63,581 nt of DNA from Bacteroidales bacterium (GTDB taxonomy: Bacteria > Bacteroidota > Bacteroidia > Bacteroidales > UBA7960), in the NCBI GenBank assembly GCA_046261715.1, contig JBHEOF010000003.1, positions 17,298 through 80,878 on the forward strand. Reading direction: 5' to 3'. Shown here piece by piece: positions 18,641 to 29,181 of this stretch; the stretch's first letter is position 1; every line of letters starts with the position of its first letter. Under the pieces are notes generated by a model. It made no database searches and was not told the origin of the DNA. It was given only the letters and a program-made list of their open reading frames with translations. The position numbers were made by a program, and so were the translations under genes.

Positions 18641-19345
18641 ATGATTAAAACAGTTAATTTAACGAAAGTTTTCCGTACAGAAGAAGTGGAAACCACTGCC
18701 CTGAACAATGTGTCTTTTGAGATAGAAGAAGGTGAATTTGTAGCCATTATGGGCCCGTCAGGATGCGGTAAGTCTACCTTGCTGAACATCCTTGGATTGC
18801 TTGACAATCCCACAAACGGAGATTACTATTTTCTTCAAAACGAAGTTTCAGATTTTTCCGAAAAGCAAAGGGCGAATCTTAGAAAGAAGAACATTGGTTT
18901 TGTTTTTCAGAATTTTAACCTGATCGATGAACTCAGTGTATATGAAAATGTTGAATTGCCGTTGATTTATCTGGGATACAGTTCATCAGAAAGGAAAAAA
19001 CGGGTTGAGGAGGTATTAACTCAGATGCAGATCATGCACCGAAAAAATCACTTCCCACTTCAACTTTCAGGAGGTCAGCAGCAGAGGGTAGCTGTATGTC
19101 GTGCCGTTGTTGCCCGTCCGCACATTATCCTTGCCGATGAGCCCACAGGTAACCTAGATTCAACCCATGGTGACGAGGTAATGAATTTGCTGGAAGAGCT
19201 CAATAAAAATGGTACAACCATAATTATGGTTACACACTCGCAGCGTGATGCATCATATGCACAAAGAATCATCAGGTTGTTTGACGGACAAATTGTTACT
19301 GAAGATAAAACTACCGAGTTCGTTCTCACATCTGTAGCCAAATAA
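18641..19345 (+). CDS. ABC transporter ATP-binding protein (MacB/LolD type)
   Basis: Walker A is GPSGCGKST, the signature is LSGGQQQRVAVCRA and Walker B is ILADEPTGNLD. Confidence 0.92.
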   Translation: MIKTVNLTKVFRTEEVETTALNNVSFEIEEGEFVAIMGPSGCGKSTLLNILGLLDNPTNGDYYFLQNEVSDFSEKQRANLRKKNIGFVFQNFNLIDELSVYENVELPLIYLGYSSSERKKRVEEVLTQMQIMHRKNHFPLQLSGGQQQRVAVCRAVVARPHIILADEPTGNLDSTHGDEVMNLLEELNKNGTTIIMVTHSQRDASYAQRIIRLFDGQIVTEDKTTEFVLTSVAK

Positions 19346-19462
19346 AGTAAAATAAAGAATCTTAAGGTTTTTACCTCTGTATTTTATATAAGGTAAGAGC
19401 CGGCATCAGGAGCAGTCACTGCTCCTGAAAAAATCCTGAATCCGGATTAAAACCAGCGGGTT

Positions 19463-21880
19463 ATGATAAAAAACTACATACTTACAGCCTGGCGGAATAT
19501 GATGCGCAATAAGCTATATACGCTTATTAACATCTTTTGCCTGTCGGTAGGTATTTCCGGGGCTATTCTTATTTCACTTTTTGTGCATCATGAGTTGTCA
19601 TACGATACTTTTCATGACAATCACGAACAGATATTTCGTGTTGAAGGAATATACTCCATCGCCGGTAGTGACAATCATCTTGCAATCACTGCATTTCCAT
19701 TGGGCAAAGCTCTAAAGGAGGAATACAGTGCGGTAAATGAATATGTCAGGTTTTTTTACCAGGATGATGTTTTGGTAAATATTGATGATAAAAGATTCCT
19801 GGAAGATTATATGGCTTTTACCGATTCAACGGTATTTGACGTTTTCAGTTTTCGTTTTATTCATGGTAATCCGCAAGGAGCTTTATCAGAACCTAATACA
19901 GTGGTTTTAACAGAATCATTGGCTGAAAAATATTTCCCGGGAGAAAATCCGGTTGGTAAAACCATCAGGATCATGGAAGATAATTTCATGATTACCGCAG
20001 TTATTGAGGATATACCACCAAACAGTCATATGAAGCTGAAAGGTTTTATGTCAATTAACACACTTGACAATGAAACTGTTTATTCACTTGATCCCGGATT
20101 GTTCTGGTCAATCAATACCAACTATACTTATTTGCTGATGCATCCTGAAGCTGATGTAAATGATGTATTTGATGATATGACGGCATTTCACGAGAAGTAT
20201 ACATTGCCCCTGGGCCAGCACATTGGGGGTCAATGCCAGTTTACTTTCACACCATTAGAAAATGTTCGCTTCAGTGATGTTCTGTTTTCACCTGAATCTG
20301 CTTCGGCAACTACCCTGAAGGTTTTGATTATTGTGGCTGTGTTTTTAATAATTATTGCAGCAGTCAATTACACCAATCTTGCCACAGCAAGAGCATCTGT
20401 AAGATCAATGGAGATCGGTGTAAGGAAAGCCAATGGTGCAACACGCCTGCAGATCTTTGCTCAGTTTTTATCAGAATCAATCTTTTTGGCGATCATTTCA
20501 CTTGTACTTTCGCTGTTATTAATTGAATTTCTCTTACCGGGGTTTAATCAATTGGCTGAAAAATCTTTTCATTTGTTTGATTTACTTCAATGGCCATTTG
20601 TATTATATATACCACTAATTGTAATAATTACAGGGTTTCTTGCCGGTGCCTATCCGGCTGTTTTTGTGAGCAGTATGAGGCCGGCTGAAATTTTGAAAGG
20701 AAGTAAGGGATTTAATGCAGGTGGTTCTTCAATGCTAAGGAAAGCACTGGTTATATTCCAGTTTGTTATTTCTATAATGCTGATCACAGGAACACTGTTC
20801 GTAGAACAACAGCTTAAGTTTCTTCAAAATAAAGATCTGGGACTTGAAACACAAAACAGGGCAGTAGTTCGTTTGCAAAATGAAGAAGTAAGAAGCAGAA
20901 TCCGCAGCCTTGAAAACCTCGTAAAGCAAAGTCCTGATGTAATGGCCACAACCAAATCTTTATCTGTACCCGGACGGGGGTTTAACAAATACGCCATACT
21001 GGTGCAGTCGGGCAATGAAATGGCTGAAGCAACCATTACAGCCAACTATATTGATGAACAATTTTTTGACCTGTTTGGAATTGAGATTAATGATGGACGT
21101 AATTTTTATGAAAACACATCAGCTGATGCAGAAAATTCTGTAATTATAAACCAAACTGCTGCCAGCTTTTTCGGTTGGAATGACAATGCTTTGGGTCAGC
21201 TTATCCAATGGGATTTTGACAGGGAAGGAAACCCTACTTTATCGGCCAGGGTTGTGGGGGTTGTTGAAGATCATAATCTTCTCAACCTTAATCATCCCAT
21301 TGAGCCTGTAATGTATATTCTGCCTGATGACTCAGCCAATGTATACCATCATCTTATTGTGCATTACAGACAAGACAAGGAACAGGAGATCATGAATTAT
21401 CTGGAAGAGACTTTGATAGAATTTGATCCCGAAAATTTTCCTGTTATCAGTTTTGTTGATAAAGGTTACCATGAACAATTTGAAGCTGAAGAAAGACTGG
21501 GAACCATTTTTGCCGTATTTGCCATCGTGTGTATCATTATTTCTTTTCTGGGGTTATTTGGTTTATCATCATTCCTTACTGAACAAAGGAAGCGGGAAAT
21601 AGGAGTAAGAAAAGTGCTGGGTTCATCCACATTGAATATCCTTGGTATTTTTTATAAAGAGTTTTCTTTACTGATATTACTTGCCACAATAATAGCTATT
21701 CCCTTTACATGGTTCCTGCTCGACAGGTGGTTGCAGGAATTCGTTTACCGGATAGATATTACCTTTCTACCTTTTGTAGTTTCTGCTGCTCTGGCCCTTT
21801 TTGTTGCTATTATTACTGTAAGTTATCATACTATTAAAGCTGCCGGGATTAATCCTGCCGATATACTTAGGGCAGAATAG
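19463..21880 (+). CDS. FtsX-like ABC permease (MacB-type, duplicated 4-TM module)
   Basis: 805 aa. The N-terminus MIKNYILTAWRNMMRNKLYTLINI is typical of the Bacteroidota FtsX/MacB permease family. It has two FtsX modules with large periplasmic domains. Confidence 0.85.
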   Translation: MIKNYILTAWRNMMRNKLYTLINIFCLSVGISGAILISLFVHHELSYDTFHDNHEQIFRVEGIYSIAGSDNHLAITAFPLGKALKEEYSAVNEYVRFFYQDDVLVNIDDKRFLEDYMAFTDSTVFDVFSFRFIHGNPQGALSEPNTVVLTESLAEKYFPGENPVGKTIRIMEDNFMITAVIEDIPPNSHMKLKGFMSINTLDNETVYSLDPGLFWSINTNYTYLLMHPEADVNDVFDDMTAFHEKYTLPLGQHIGGQCQFTFTPLENVRFSDVLFSPESASATTLKVLIIVAVFLIIIAAVNYTNLATARASVRSMEIGVRKANGATRLQIFAQFLSESIFLAIISLVLSLLLIEFLLPGFNQLAEKSFHLFDLLQWPFVLYIPLIVIITGFLAGAYPAVFVSSMRPAEILKGSKGFNAGGSSMLRKALVIFQFVISIMLITGTLFVEQQLKFLQNKDLGLETQNRAVVRLQNEEVRSRIRSLENLVKQSPDVMATTKSLSVPGRGFNKYAILVQSGNEMAEATITANYIDEQFFDLFGIEINDGRNFYENTSADAENSVIINQTAASFFGWNDNALGQLIQWDFDREGNPTLSARVVGVVEDHNLLNLNHPIEPVMYILPDDSANVYHHLIVHYRQDKEQEIMNYLEETLIEFDPENFPVISFVDKGYHEQFEAEERLGTIFAVFAIVCIIISFLGLFGLSSFLTEQRKREIGVRKVLGSSTLNILGIFYKEFSLLILLATIIAIPFTWFLLDRWLQEFVYRIDITFLPFVVSAALALFVAIITVSYHTIKAAGINPADILRAE

Positions 21881-21936
21881 CTGTATTGTGATAAGTGAAA
21901 TCTTTCTACGGTTATTTTTAAAAAATAAATAGTATA

Positions 21937-24336
21937 ATGATCAGAAACTACTTGAAAATTGCCTGGCGTAATATTACAAGACAAAAAGGTTTCAGTTTTA
22001 TCAATATTTTTGGCCTTGCCATTGCCATGGCAGCTTCAATAATGCTTTTTTTGTACGTGAAACATGAGAGCAGTTATGATCATTTTCACAGCGAGGGAGA
22101 AAAAATTTACAGGGTAACATCAGCTTTTGGGGGTGAGGTAACTGATATTCTTCCACGTACCTTGCCGGGTGTGGCTGAATTAATCCGTGAACAGTCACCA
22201 TTGGTAACAGAAGCCACAAGGATAAAACCGGAAAGTTATAGCATAAGATTTGGAGACCAGATTTTTGAAACAGAACGGTTTTTACTTACAGATCCATCTT
22301 TTGTTGATATTTTTAGTTTCGGAGTAAAATCTGGAGATTTGCGGCAAACTCTTTCCGATATTTCGGCAGTGGCAATTTCTGTTGATTTGGCAGAAAAAAT
22401 TTTTGGTGATCAGGACCCACTGAATCAGGTTATTGAGGTGGAGCAATATTATATTGATCCTGACATCAGACGTCTTACATCGCGTTATATCCCGGTAAGG
22501 GTTGGGGCTATTCTTGAATCTCTACCTATACATACACATTTAAATTTTTCAGTACTGCAATCCTTTGAAACGTATGACCCATTATATGCTTCAGGATTTT
22601 CAAATGACGTATTTGTATACTTTAAAACCAATGAATTACTTACATCCGACCAAAAGGAAACCATTGAATCATTGATTAATGAATACGTGCTTTCATTATT
22701 TGGTGAAGATTTCAGAGATATTATAAGTTACCACTTACAGGCATTACACGATATTCACTTCGGCCCGCGATACGGATACGATATGGGTAGAAAGGGTAAT
22801 ATTGAATTGATTTATGTGTTTTCGGCCGTGGCTTTTTTCATCCTTTTCATAGCAATTATTAACTTCGTTAACCTTGTAACGGCCCGTTCTGAAAAAAGGG
22901 GCATTGAGGCCGCCATTAGAAAGGTGTCGGGAGCCGGGAGAACCAATATTTTTTTCCAGTTTCTGGGTGAGGCCATCTTGTTAAGTGTAATTTCACTTAT
23001 TATTGCGCTGGTACTTGCAGAAATTTTTGTGGGACCTTTTTCAAGACTCCTCGGGCGCGAACTCAGCTTAACTGATCAACTTACCCCGGTTAATTTGATT
23101 ATTCTTGTTTTGTTTGCTCCATTGGTAGGATTACTGGCCGGGGTTTATCCATCTGTAATGTTTTCGCGTTTTCATCCGGCAGAGATTCTTCGTGGAAAAG
23201 CAAAGGGTGGAGGCAGAAACCCACTGCTCAGGATCATTCTTGTGGTAATTCAGTTCTCCATTTCAGTAGTTCTGATTGTTTCCATAACAGTTTTCAACCA
23301 GCAGATAAACTATATGAAAAAATCTGATCTGGGCTTTTCACCGGAAAATGTTCTGGTTTATTCTGGGCTAAGTAACAGACTTATCGGTTCTTTCGATGCA
23401 ATAAAGTCTGAGCTGCTTCAACATCCAAACATACAAAGTGTTACTGCATCACATGCTTATCCGGGTTCATCGGGGAGTGGTATGTCGCTCAGAAAAGCCG
23501 AAGATGACCTGGGAGTAGATATTTCCATTACTGAATACAGAGTGTATGAAGACTTTAACAAAACCTTTGGCTTAAAAATAAAGGATGGCCGTTGGTTTGA
23601 TTTTGAAAGTGAGACTGACAGACAAAATTTTATTATCAATGAAACAGCAGCCAATGCATTGGGACTTAAAAATCCTGTGGGGCAGGATGTGGTAATGTGG
23701 CAACGAAGCGGAAGTATTATTGGCGTGGTGGAAGACTTTCATATCGGATCACTTGTAAGTAAAATCAGCCCTTTAATTCTTTCGGCATATTCTTCTCAGT
23801 TTTATTTTATTTCAGTAAAGCTTAATGGGCAAAACCACCAAAATGCCATTGATCATATCCATGAAACATTAAGTGGCTTTGATCCTAACTATAAATCTGA
23901 TGACTTTTATCTTGAAAGTTATTTCCAAAACCTTTACAGGCAGGAAGAAAGTAATAATAAGATTCTTAATTATGCATCACTGCTTGCTGTAATTATTGCT
24001 ATGCTTGGTGTTTTGGGTTTGTCATCGTACATGGTTATGGCGCGTAAGAAGGAGATTGGAATAAGAAAGATCATGGGGGCATCGGGGATGCAGGTTTCCT
24101 GGGTCCTGCTTCGCGATATCATTCGATGGGTAATACTTGCCAATATTATAGCATGGCCGGTTGCCTGGTATATTATGGATATGTGGCTGCAAAAGTTTCC
24201 TTACAGGATTCAAATGTCGGTAGCTTATTTGCTGATAGCCGGTGGAGTATCCCTCCTTATTGCAATTATAACTATTTCGGGTCAAACCATTCAGGCAGCT
24301 AAAAGTAATCCGGTTGATGCGCTTAAAGGCGAATAG
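21937..24336 (+). CDS. FtsX-like ABC permease, paralog of the preceding gene
   Basis: 799 aa with the same N-terminal signature (MIRNYLKIAWRNITRQKGFSFINI) and the same architecture. Confidence 0.85.
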   Translation: MIRNYLKIAWRNITRQKGFSFINIFGLAIAMAASIMLFLYVKHESSYDHFHSEGEKIYRVTSAFGGEVTDILPRTLPGVAELIREQSPLVTEATRIKPESYSIRFGDQIFETERFLLTDPSFVDIFSFGVKSGDLRQTLSDISAVAISVDLAEKIFGDQDPLNQVIEVEQYYIDPDIRRLTSRYIPVRVGAILESLPIHTHLNFSVLQSFETYDPLYASGFSNDVFVYFKTNELLTSDQKETIESLINEYVLSLFGEDFRDIISYHLQALHDIHFGPRYGYDMGRKGNIELIYVFSAVAFFILFIAIINFVNLVTARSEKRGIEAAIRKVSGAGRTNIFFQFLGEAILLSVISLIIALVLAEIFVGPFSRLLGRELSLTDQLTPVNLIILVLFAPLVGLLAGVYPSVMFSRFHPAEILRGKAKGGGRNPLLRIILVVIQFSISVVLIVSITVFNQQINYMKKSDLGFSPENVLVYSGLSNRLIGSFDAIKSELLQHPNIQSVTASHAYPGSSGSGMSLRKAEDDLGVDISITEYRVYEDFNKTFGLKIKDGRWFDFESETDRQNFIINETAANALGLKNPVGQDVVMWQRSGSIIGVVEDFHIGSLVSKISPLILSAYSSQFYFISVKLNGQNHQNAIDHIHETLSGFDPNYKSDDFYLESYFQNLYRQEESNNKILNYASLLAVIIAMLGVLGLSSYMVMARKKEIGIRKIMGASGMQVSWVLLRDIIRWVILANIIAWPVAWYIMDMWLQKFPYRIQMSVAYLLIAGGVSLLIAIITISGQTIQAAKSNPVDALKGE

Positions 24337-24403
24337 CCTGCTTACTCATCAACCGGATTGCAAACCCAAAGATCCCTGAAAAGAATTAATGGATTTGATA
24401 CGA

Positions 24404-27400
24404 CTACTCCACAATGATCCTGGTGTAATATACCTTACCAGTGCTTTGAGCTTTTATAAAGTAAATTCCACTATTCAGATCAGAAACATCAAGCATTATA
24501 GGCGATTCAGCTATTGTTTCAAAATAGCTTTCTGTCATTATTTGTCCGGTAACTGCTATAACCTGGATATTCCACGATCCGTTATTTGGTAAAACAACGT
24601 TTATATTATTGTCCGCAGGAACAGGAAATACTCTCAGCACGTCTTCCTGTGAAATTTCATCTGTAGCTGTGGGATAGTAAAAGTAAGCCGTTGCTTCAAT
24701 GTCTAAAGTCATGATAATTTCAATTTCCGGCTGGGTAAACTCTTCATCGTTAATTACCCATTTTTCAAACAACCATGGCGTAGTTGGTGTAGCAACCAGT
24801 GTTACATCTTCATTGTATTCGAAATTATATTCTCCCGGTTGCGGATTTGTGGTACCTTCTCCTTCAACAGAAATATTTAATGCAGGTAAGAATTCTTCAA
24901 AAACAGCTTTAAGTTCAAGATCTTCGCTAAGTATAAACTCCAGAAGGGGATCATCAGAAATTGGTATGTCGTCATTGTCAACTTCCCTTGTCCAGTGTTT
25001 GAATTTCCAGCCGGGTTCCGGTGTTGCAGTCAGTAAAATTTGTTCCCCTGCTCCGAAAGTTCCTGCTCCGGCTACTGATCCCGTGCCTTCGGGTTCAACT
25101 TCTACATTTACAGTAAACTCACGTGCTTCGAGAATTGCCGTAAATTGCTGATCCTGTAAAATCTGAATTGTGGTTTCAGACCGGGTTGAAACTATCTGAT
25201 CATTTGACAGCCAGTGAAGGAAAATGTATCCCACTGCAGGAATTGCTGAAATAGTGATGTTTTCACCATGATCATAAATCCCTGCTCCCTCAAGTGCTAC
25301 GACAGCTTCTTCGGGTTCAGCGTTAAGGATAATTTCCCACGTGTCAACTTCAAAAATTGCTTCAACACTGGTATCTTCCTGCAAGGTTATTTGAATAGAA
25401 TCATTATTTCCTGCATCTGTTCCATTTATAAGCCATTGCGTCAAAGTCCAGTTTTCATTTGCGGTGGCATGAATAATAATTTCACTTCCGGGGCTGAACA
25501 GATGATCTCCCAAAGGAACACTCAGTATTCCTTCTCCGGTAACAGAAACTGATAACGTATATTCATTGCCCAGGGATTCGATTGCCACTGTTACTTCATT
25601 GGAAGGAACGATAAGTTCTCCGTCGGGTCTGCGACCTGCTACGTAATATGTATATGAACCTACGGGCAAGGGACCGTCCTGATATTCGTTTTGCTCAATA
25701 TCTGATCCTTCAAAAACTAACTGGTCGTTTCGGTATACGTTGATACCGGCACCGGTTATTTCGTTTTTATCAGGGCCGTTATCTTCATACACGTTTTCCC
25801 AAGAGAGATCGATAAAGTTATCATTTACAACACTATAGGAAAGGTTAACAGGATTGGGTATATCTTCAGCAAACTGGGCAAAAACTTCTACCTGATCAAG
25901 TGATATACCTCTGCCTCTGTTACCTTCTGCTTCGAAAGCAATCTGGGTTTCGGAAGAGAGTTCCGGCAAATCAAGGATAACATTGGCCCATGAAAACTGA
26001 TTGAAGTCGAGTGTTTCCAGCAATTGCCATTCCCCTTCAGGTTGGGTGCGGTAAAATACTCTTAAAATATCCTGATTGCTGGACAGGGCAGGGTTTGCAT
26101 AAAAGAATGATAATTGTGCAGAACCGTAAACATCAAGGTCCATAACAGGACCAATAAGTTTTGTTTTACTTCCGTTTAATGCAACGTTTTCAACCCTGTA
26201 ATATACATTGTTGCTACCCTCGTGGGTTGAAAAGGGGTATCCGTCATTATTGCCTACTCCCACCAGCCAGTCAACTTCGTTAACTATGAACTCCTGCTGC
26301 CAGCATGGTGATATTTCTTCGGTATTGAATCCTTCAAAAAAGGGAAATACGGTAATTGCCTCACATGTTGTAAATGCATCAGCATCAATACCTGTTGAAT
26401 ATTCAGGTCCGGGGTGTGCATATGACCATATCCGGTAAAAATATTGTGTGGAAGATTCAAGATCACCATGAATAAAGCTTTCACCTTTACCCATATAAAT
26501 CACAGTTCCGCCATCATCAATGTCATCTCCTGTTGCATAAGGGCCAAAAGGTATACCGAATTCTTCGGAATCATTTGCAGCAATCATAACAAAATCTTCT
26601 TCTTCATTAAGCTGCCATTGCAGATCAATTTCCATCGAAGAAACGGTTGATGCACTGAAGTTGAGTGGGTCGCTTACTGCCGAGCTAAAAGGATCAAGGC
26701 CACCGAGAGCCTCTACATTTGATCCTGTTGGATCAAGCCACTCGCTTAAACGTGTAGTTGCACTTCCGCCACCATTCCAGGAGATTCCGAAACGACCGTA
26801 CCAATCGGGTTGTGTATTACCGCAGGCGGCATAGCCACCATGCAGCTGCCCAAGGATGCGACCCTGCGCATCGAAAATGGGTGAGCCACTTGAGCCAGGC
26901 TCAGTAGTTGTACCACCGCTCCATACAATGCGCCAGTGTGTACTTCCTGAACCGGGGCTTCCAAGGTAACTTGCCGACTGTACCCCTCCATCAGCGTAGC
27001 TGAATTTTTTAATATCACCTCTGGGGTGATGAACACCAATAATGGTTTCATTCAATACGCTTTCAAGGTTACGGTTCCAACCTGCATAATAAGGATTGTA
27101 CTCATCGGGTATGGGTTGGTTTAACTCCATAAGCCAGAAATCAGAAGAAGAATTCCGGGAAATTTGTGTGGCCCCTGACATGGAATTGTAAGGAGGAACA
27201 GATGGCGGGTTTGCACATTCTTCACTTTGCCAGTTAAACCAGAATACTACGGTTGATGGATTGCGGTAACAATGGTTGGCTGAAAGGACATAAGGTGTTT
27301 GATCCTGCTGGGTATTATTGATGGTGGCACCTGTGCAAAAGCCATTTCCTCCGGTTACAAGCATAACCACTGAGCGTACCTGTTGCTGCCAGTCATCAGC

Positions 27401-28039
27401 TTCAGTGCAGGCTACATTCAGATTACATGAGCCACTGTCGCCAAATCCTTTGGCAAACTCAAATGGATCGCGATAGGCGTGGGTAACCATTTCAATGCTA
27501 AGCTCTCCGGGAAAGTTTACATTGGAAGGCTCAAAATATTCAACGGTAATGTGGTCGCCTTCAACCAAAGTGGTGGCAAAATACCCGTCGTCCTGGTTGT
27601 TGTATTCGGTAAACGCGCCAAGCACTCTGCTGCGTTCCCGGTTATACACATAAAGTTCGGCACCCGGAGGGAGCTTATACTTATCGAAAGTAAGGTTGAT
27701 GGTATATGCGCCCTCAGATTCAATGGATGCTCTCCAGATTTTGTCACCATTTTCCAGAATATCCCATATACCTGAATTTTCAGGAGTAATATCTACGTAA
27801 AGATTATCTCCAAATCTCCATGGGATATCTTTTATTGTATCAAAAATCATATCTTCCTGTAAAAGAGCTTCCACATCTACCTTTTCCATGGGTATGACAG
27901 GCACATTCTCTGAAAGATCGGTTTTAAGGAAACTTGGAGGAGTACCGGGTTGAGATATTTGTGCAAAAATACCGGTATGTAAAGAGATTAAAGAAAAGGA
28001 TAAAAGAACTTTAAACAAAAGTGTAGATTTCTTTTTCAT
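24404..28039 (-). CDS. Large T9SS-secreted multidomain S1 (trypsin/lysyl-endopeptidase-like) serine protease
   Basis: 1211 aa from the ATG at 28039, with a signal peptide. The catalytic His context is CTGATINN...YVLSANHC and the Ser context is GSSGSPIFDAQGRILGQLHGG. These are followed by an FN3-like domain, a MAM-like domain, a second FN3-like domain and four ~80-aa repeats resembling divergent InlB B-repeats (e.g. GTGSVAGAGTFGAGEQILLTATPEPGWKFKHW). It ends in a T9SS CTD (VFPVPADNNINV...GIYFIKAQSTGKVYYTRIIVE). Confidence 0.8.
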   Translation of the reverse strand: MKKKSTLLFKVLLSFSLISLHTGIFAQISQPGTPPSFLKTDLSENVPVIPMEKVDVEALLQEDMIFDTIKDIPWRFGDNLYVDITPENSGIWDILENGDKIWRASIESEGAYTINLTFDKYKLPPGAELYVYNRERSRVLGAFTEYNNQDDGYFATTLVEGDHITVEYFEPSNVNFPGELSIEMVTHAYRDPFEFAKGFGDSGSCNLNVACTEADDWQQQVRSVVMLVTGGNGFCTGATINNTQQDQTPYVLSANHCYRNPSTVVFWFNWQSEECANPPSVPPYNSMSGATQISRNSSSDFWLMELNQPIPDEYNPYYAGWNRNLESVLNETIIGVHHPRGDIKKFSYADGGVQSASYLGSPGSGSTHWRIVWSGGTTTEPGSSGSPIFDAQGRILGQLHGGYAACGNTQPDWYGRFGISWNGGGSATTRLSEWLDPTGSNVEALGGLDPFSSAVSDPLNFSASTVSSMEIDLQWQLNEEEDFVMIAANDSEEFGIPFGPYATGDDIDDGGTVIYMGKGESFIHGDLESSTQYFYRIWSYAHPGPEYSTGIDADAFTTCEAITVFPFFEGFNTEEISPCWQQEFIVNEVDWLVGVGNNDGYPFSTHEGSNNVYYRVENVALNGSKTKLIGPVMDLDVYGSAQLSFFYANPALSSNQDILRVFYRTQPEGEWQLLETLDFNQFSWANVILDLPELSSETQIAFEAEGNRGRGISLDQVEVFAQFAEDIPNPVNLSYSVVNDNFIDLSWENVYEDNGPDKNEITGAGINVYRNDQLVFEGSDIEQNEYQDGPLPVGSYTYYVAGRRPDGELIVPSNEVTVAIESLGNEYTLSVSVTGEGILSVPLGDHLFSPGSEIIIHATANENWTLTQWLINGTDAGNNDSIQITLQEDTSVEAIFEVDTWEIILNAEPEEAVVALEGAGIYDHGENITISAIPAVGYIFLHWLSNDQIVSTRSETTIQILQDQQFTAILEAREFTVNVEVEPEGTGSVAGAGTFGAGEQILLTATPEPGWKFKHWTREVDNDDIPISDDPLLEFILSEDLELKAVFEEFLPALNISVEGEGTTNPQPGEYNFEYNEDVTLVATPTTPWLFEKWVINDEEFTQPEIEIIMTLDIEATAYFYYPTATDEISQEDVLRVFPVPADNNINVVLPNNGSWNIQVIAVTGQIMTESYFETIAESPIMLDVSDLNSGIYFIKAQSTGKVYYTRIIVE

Positions 28040-28074
28040 ATTATCAGGTTTGGTTTTTGAACAAAAAGTAAAAC

Positions 28075-28103
28075 ACAAAAAAAGGCCGGAATGTTCCGGC
28101 CTT
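28075..28103 (-). terminator. Rho-independent terminator after the 28124-28870 gene
   Basis: On the minus strand, AAGGCCGGAACATTCCGGCCTT (9-bp GC-rich stem) is followed by a run of about seven Ts. Confidence 0.8.
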
Positions 28104-28123
28104 GCATTATTTTGTTAAAAAAA

Positions 28124-28870
28124 TCAGTTTGTTACAACCATCCTTTTGCTTTCAACCACCTGGTTGTCAACAATGAGTGAATAGATGTATATACCGTTAT
28201 TAAAATTTTGTGTATTAATACGAATGCGGTTGTTGTTGCCAAAATTAAGGTTTTCTGTATACACCTGTTTTCCCAGCAGATTTCTGATTACGATTTGTGC
28301 ATTTCTGCTTTGGGGCGGAACGGAATAGTCAATCCAGGTAAAACCACGGGCAGGATTGGGTTGGGGATTGGATAATGCCCATCGTGCTAATTCAGGCTGA
28401 AAAACAGATGTTTGATCATCTGTAATTACAAATTTTATAATCACACTTACTTCATTAAATGAATCACGATCATTAAAAAACTCGAACTCTACATATGATG
28501 TTCCTTCGATACCCATTGGATAAAAATCTGAATAAAAGTCTGTTGAACTGGATGTTTCACCGGGTTCAATAGTAATAGGGTCTTCGACTTCAAAAAAAGT
28601 TGGAGAAAAGCAATAATCTTCCCAGCAAAAAGTGCATTCACTGCCATCTACAATATCATGTTCTATTTTTCTTACGAAAACTTCATGTGTTTCGTTGGAA
28701 TCATTTGTGAAGTATACCTGGGCTTTTATATAATCCTGGTTTGTAAAACCATCAACAACAAGCGTGTCATTTGTAATATTATTTCCGACTTCGTCGGAAA
28801 GAATTATTTGTGCTACTGACATCAATGAGAATGAAATCGCGATAGCTATACTTAGTATTAGTTTTTTCAT
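28124..28870 (-). CDS. Small secreted protein with T9SS C-terminal sorting domain; unknown function
   Basis: 248 aa with a signal peptide, a ~150-aa Ig-like region carrying a C-x2-C-x4-C motif (SECTFCWEDYC) and a T9SS CTD (NPQPNPARGFTWIDY...GIYIYSLIVDNQVVESKRMVVTN). Confidence 0.75.
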   Translation of the reverse strand: MKKLILSIAIAISFSLMSVAQIILSDEVGNNITNDTLVVDGFTNQDYIKAQVYFTNDSNETHEVFVRKIEHDIVDGSECTFCWEDYCFSPTFFEVEDPITIEPGETSSSTDFYSDFYPMGIEGTSYVEFEFFNDRDSFNEVSVIIKFVITDDQTSVFQPELARWALSNPQPNPARGFTWIDYSVPPQSRNAQIVIRNLLGKQVYTENLNFGNNNRIRINTQNFNNGIYIYSLIVDNQVVESKRMVVTN

Positions 28871-29114
28871 AATCTGAATTTTTTAAAACAATAATGCGAT
28901 GTTTCAGGAAATCGCATAAAGCACATTTTTATAGTACAAAATTAATCAAAAACTGAACCAAACCCGAATGAAGTAACTAAAAATTCAAAAAGATACATAT
29001 GTACAAGTGTATTTGTGAACAGATATATCTATTTGCTCTGAAAAGTTGTTATCAAGTGCAAACATCTTTAACAGAACTCCCAAAAGCTTTTTTATATGTA
29101 AAAAAATAAATGTT

Positions 29115-29122
29115 TAAATTTG
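29115..29122 (+). promoter_or_regulatory. Candidate -7 promoter box (TAnnTTTG)
   Basis: TAAATTTG lies 60 nt upstream of the ATG at 29182. Confidence 0.3.
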
Positions 29123-29181
29123 TAACAAATATAATACAGTTATCTAAAGTCAAACCAGGCTTAATTAAAACTTACACTATT

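Noticed and set aside
19406-19428. 10-bp perfect hairpin TCAGGAGCAG-TCA-CTGCTCCTGA between the ABC ATPase and the first permease gene
   Set aside because: It is followed by an A-run rather than a U-tract, so it is not a convincing terminator. It is probably an intercistronic mRNA stem-loop of little note.
24307-24359. 13-bp inverted repeat AATCCGGTTGATG/CATCAACCGGATT spanning the permease stop codon
   Set aside because: It could act as a terminator between convergent genes. It has a 27-nt loop, no U-tract and overlaps coding sequence, so the evidence is too weak to call.
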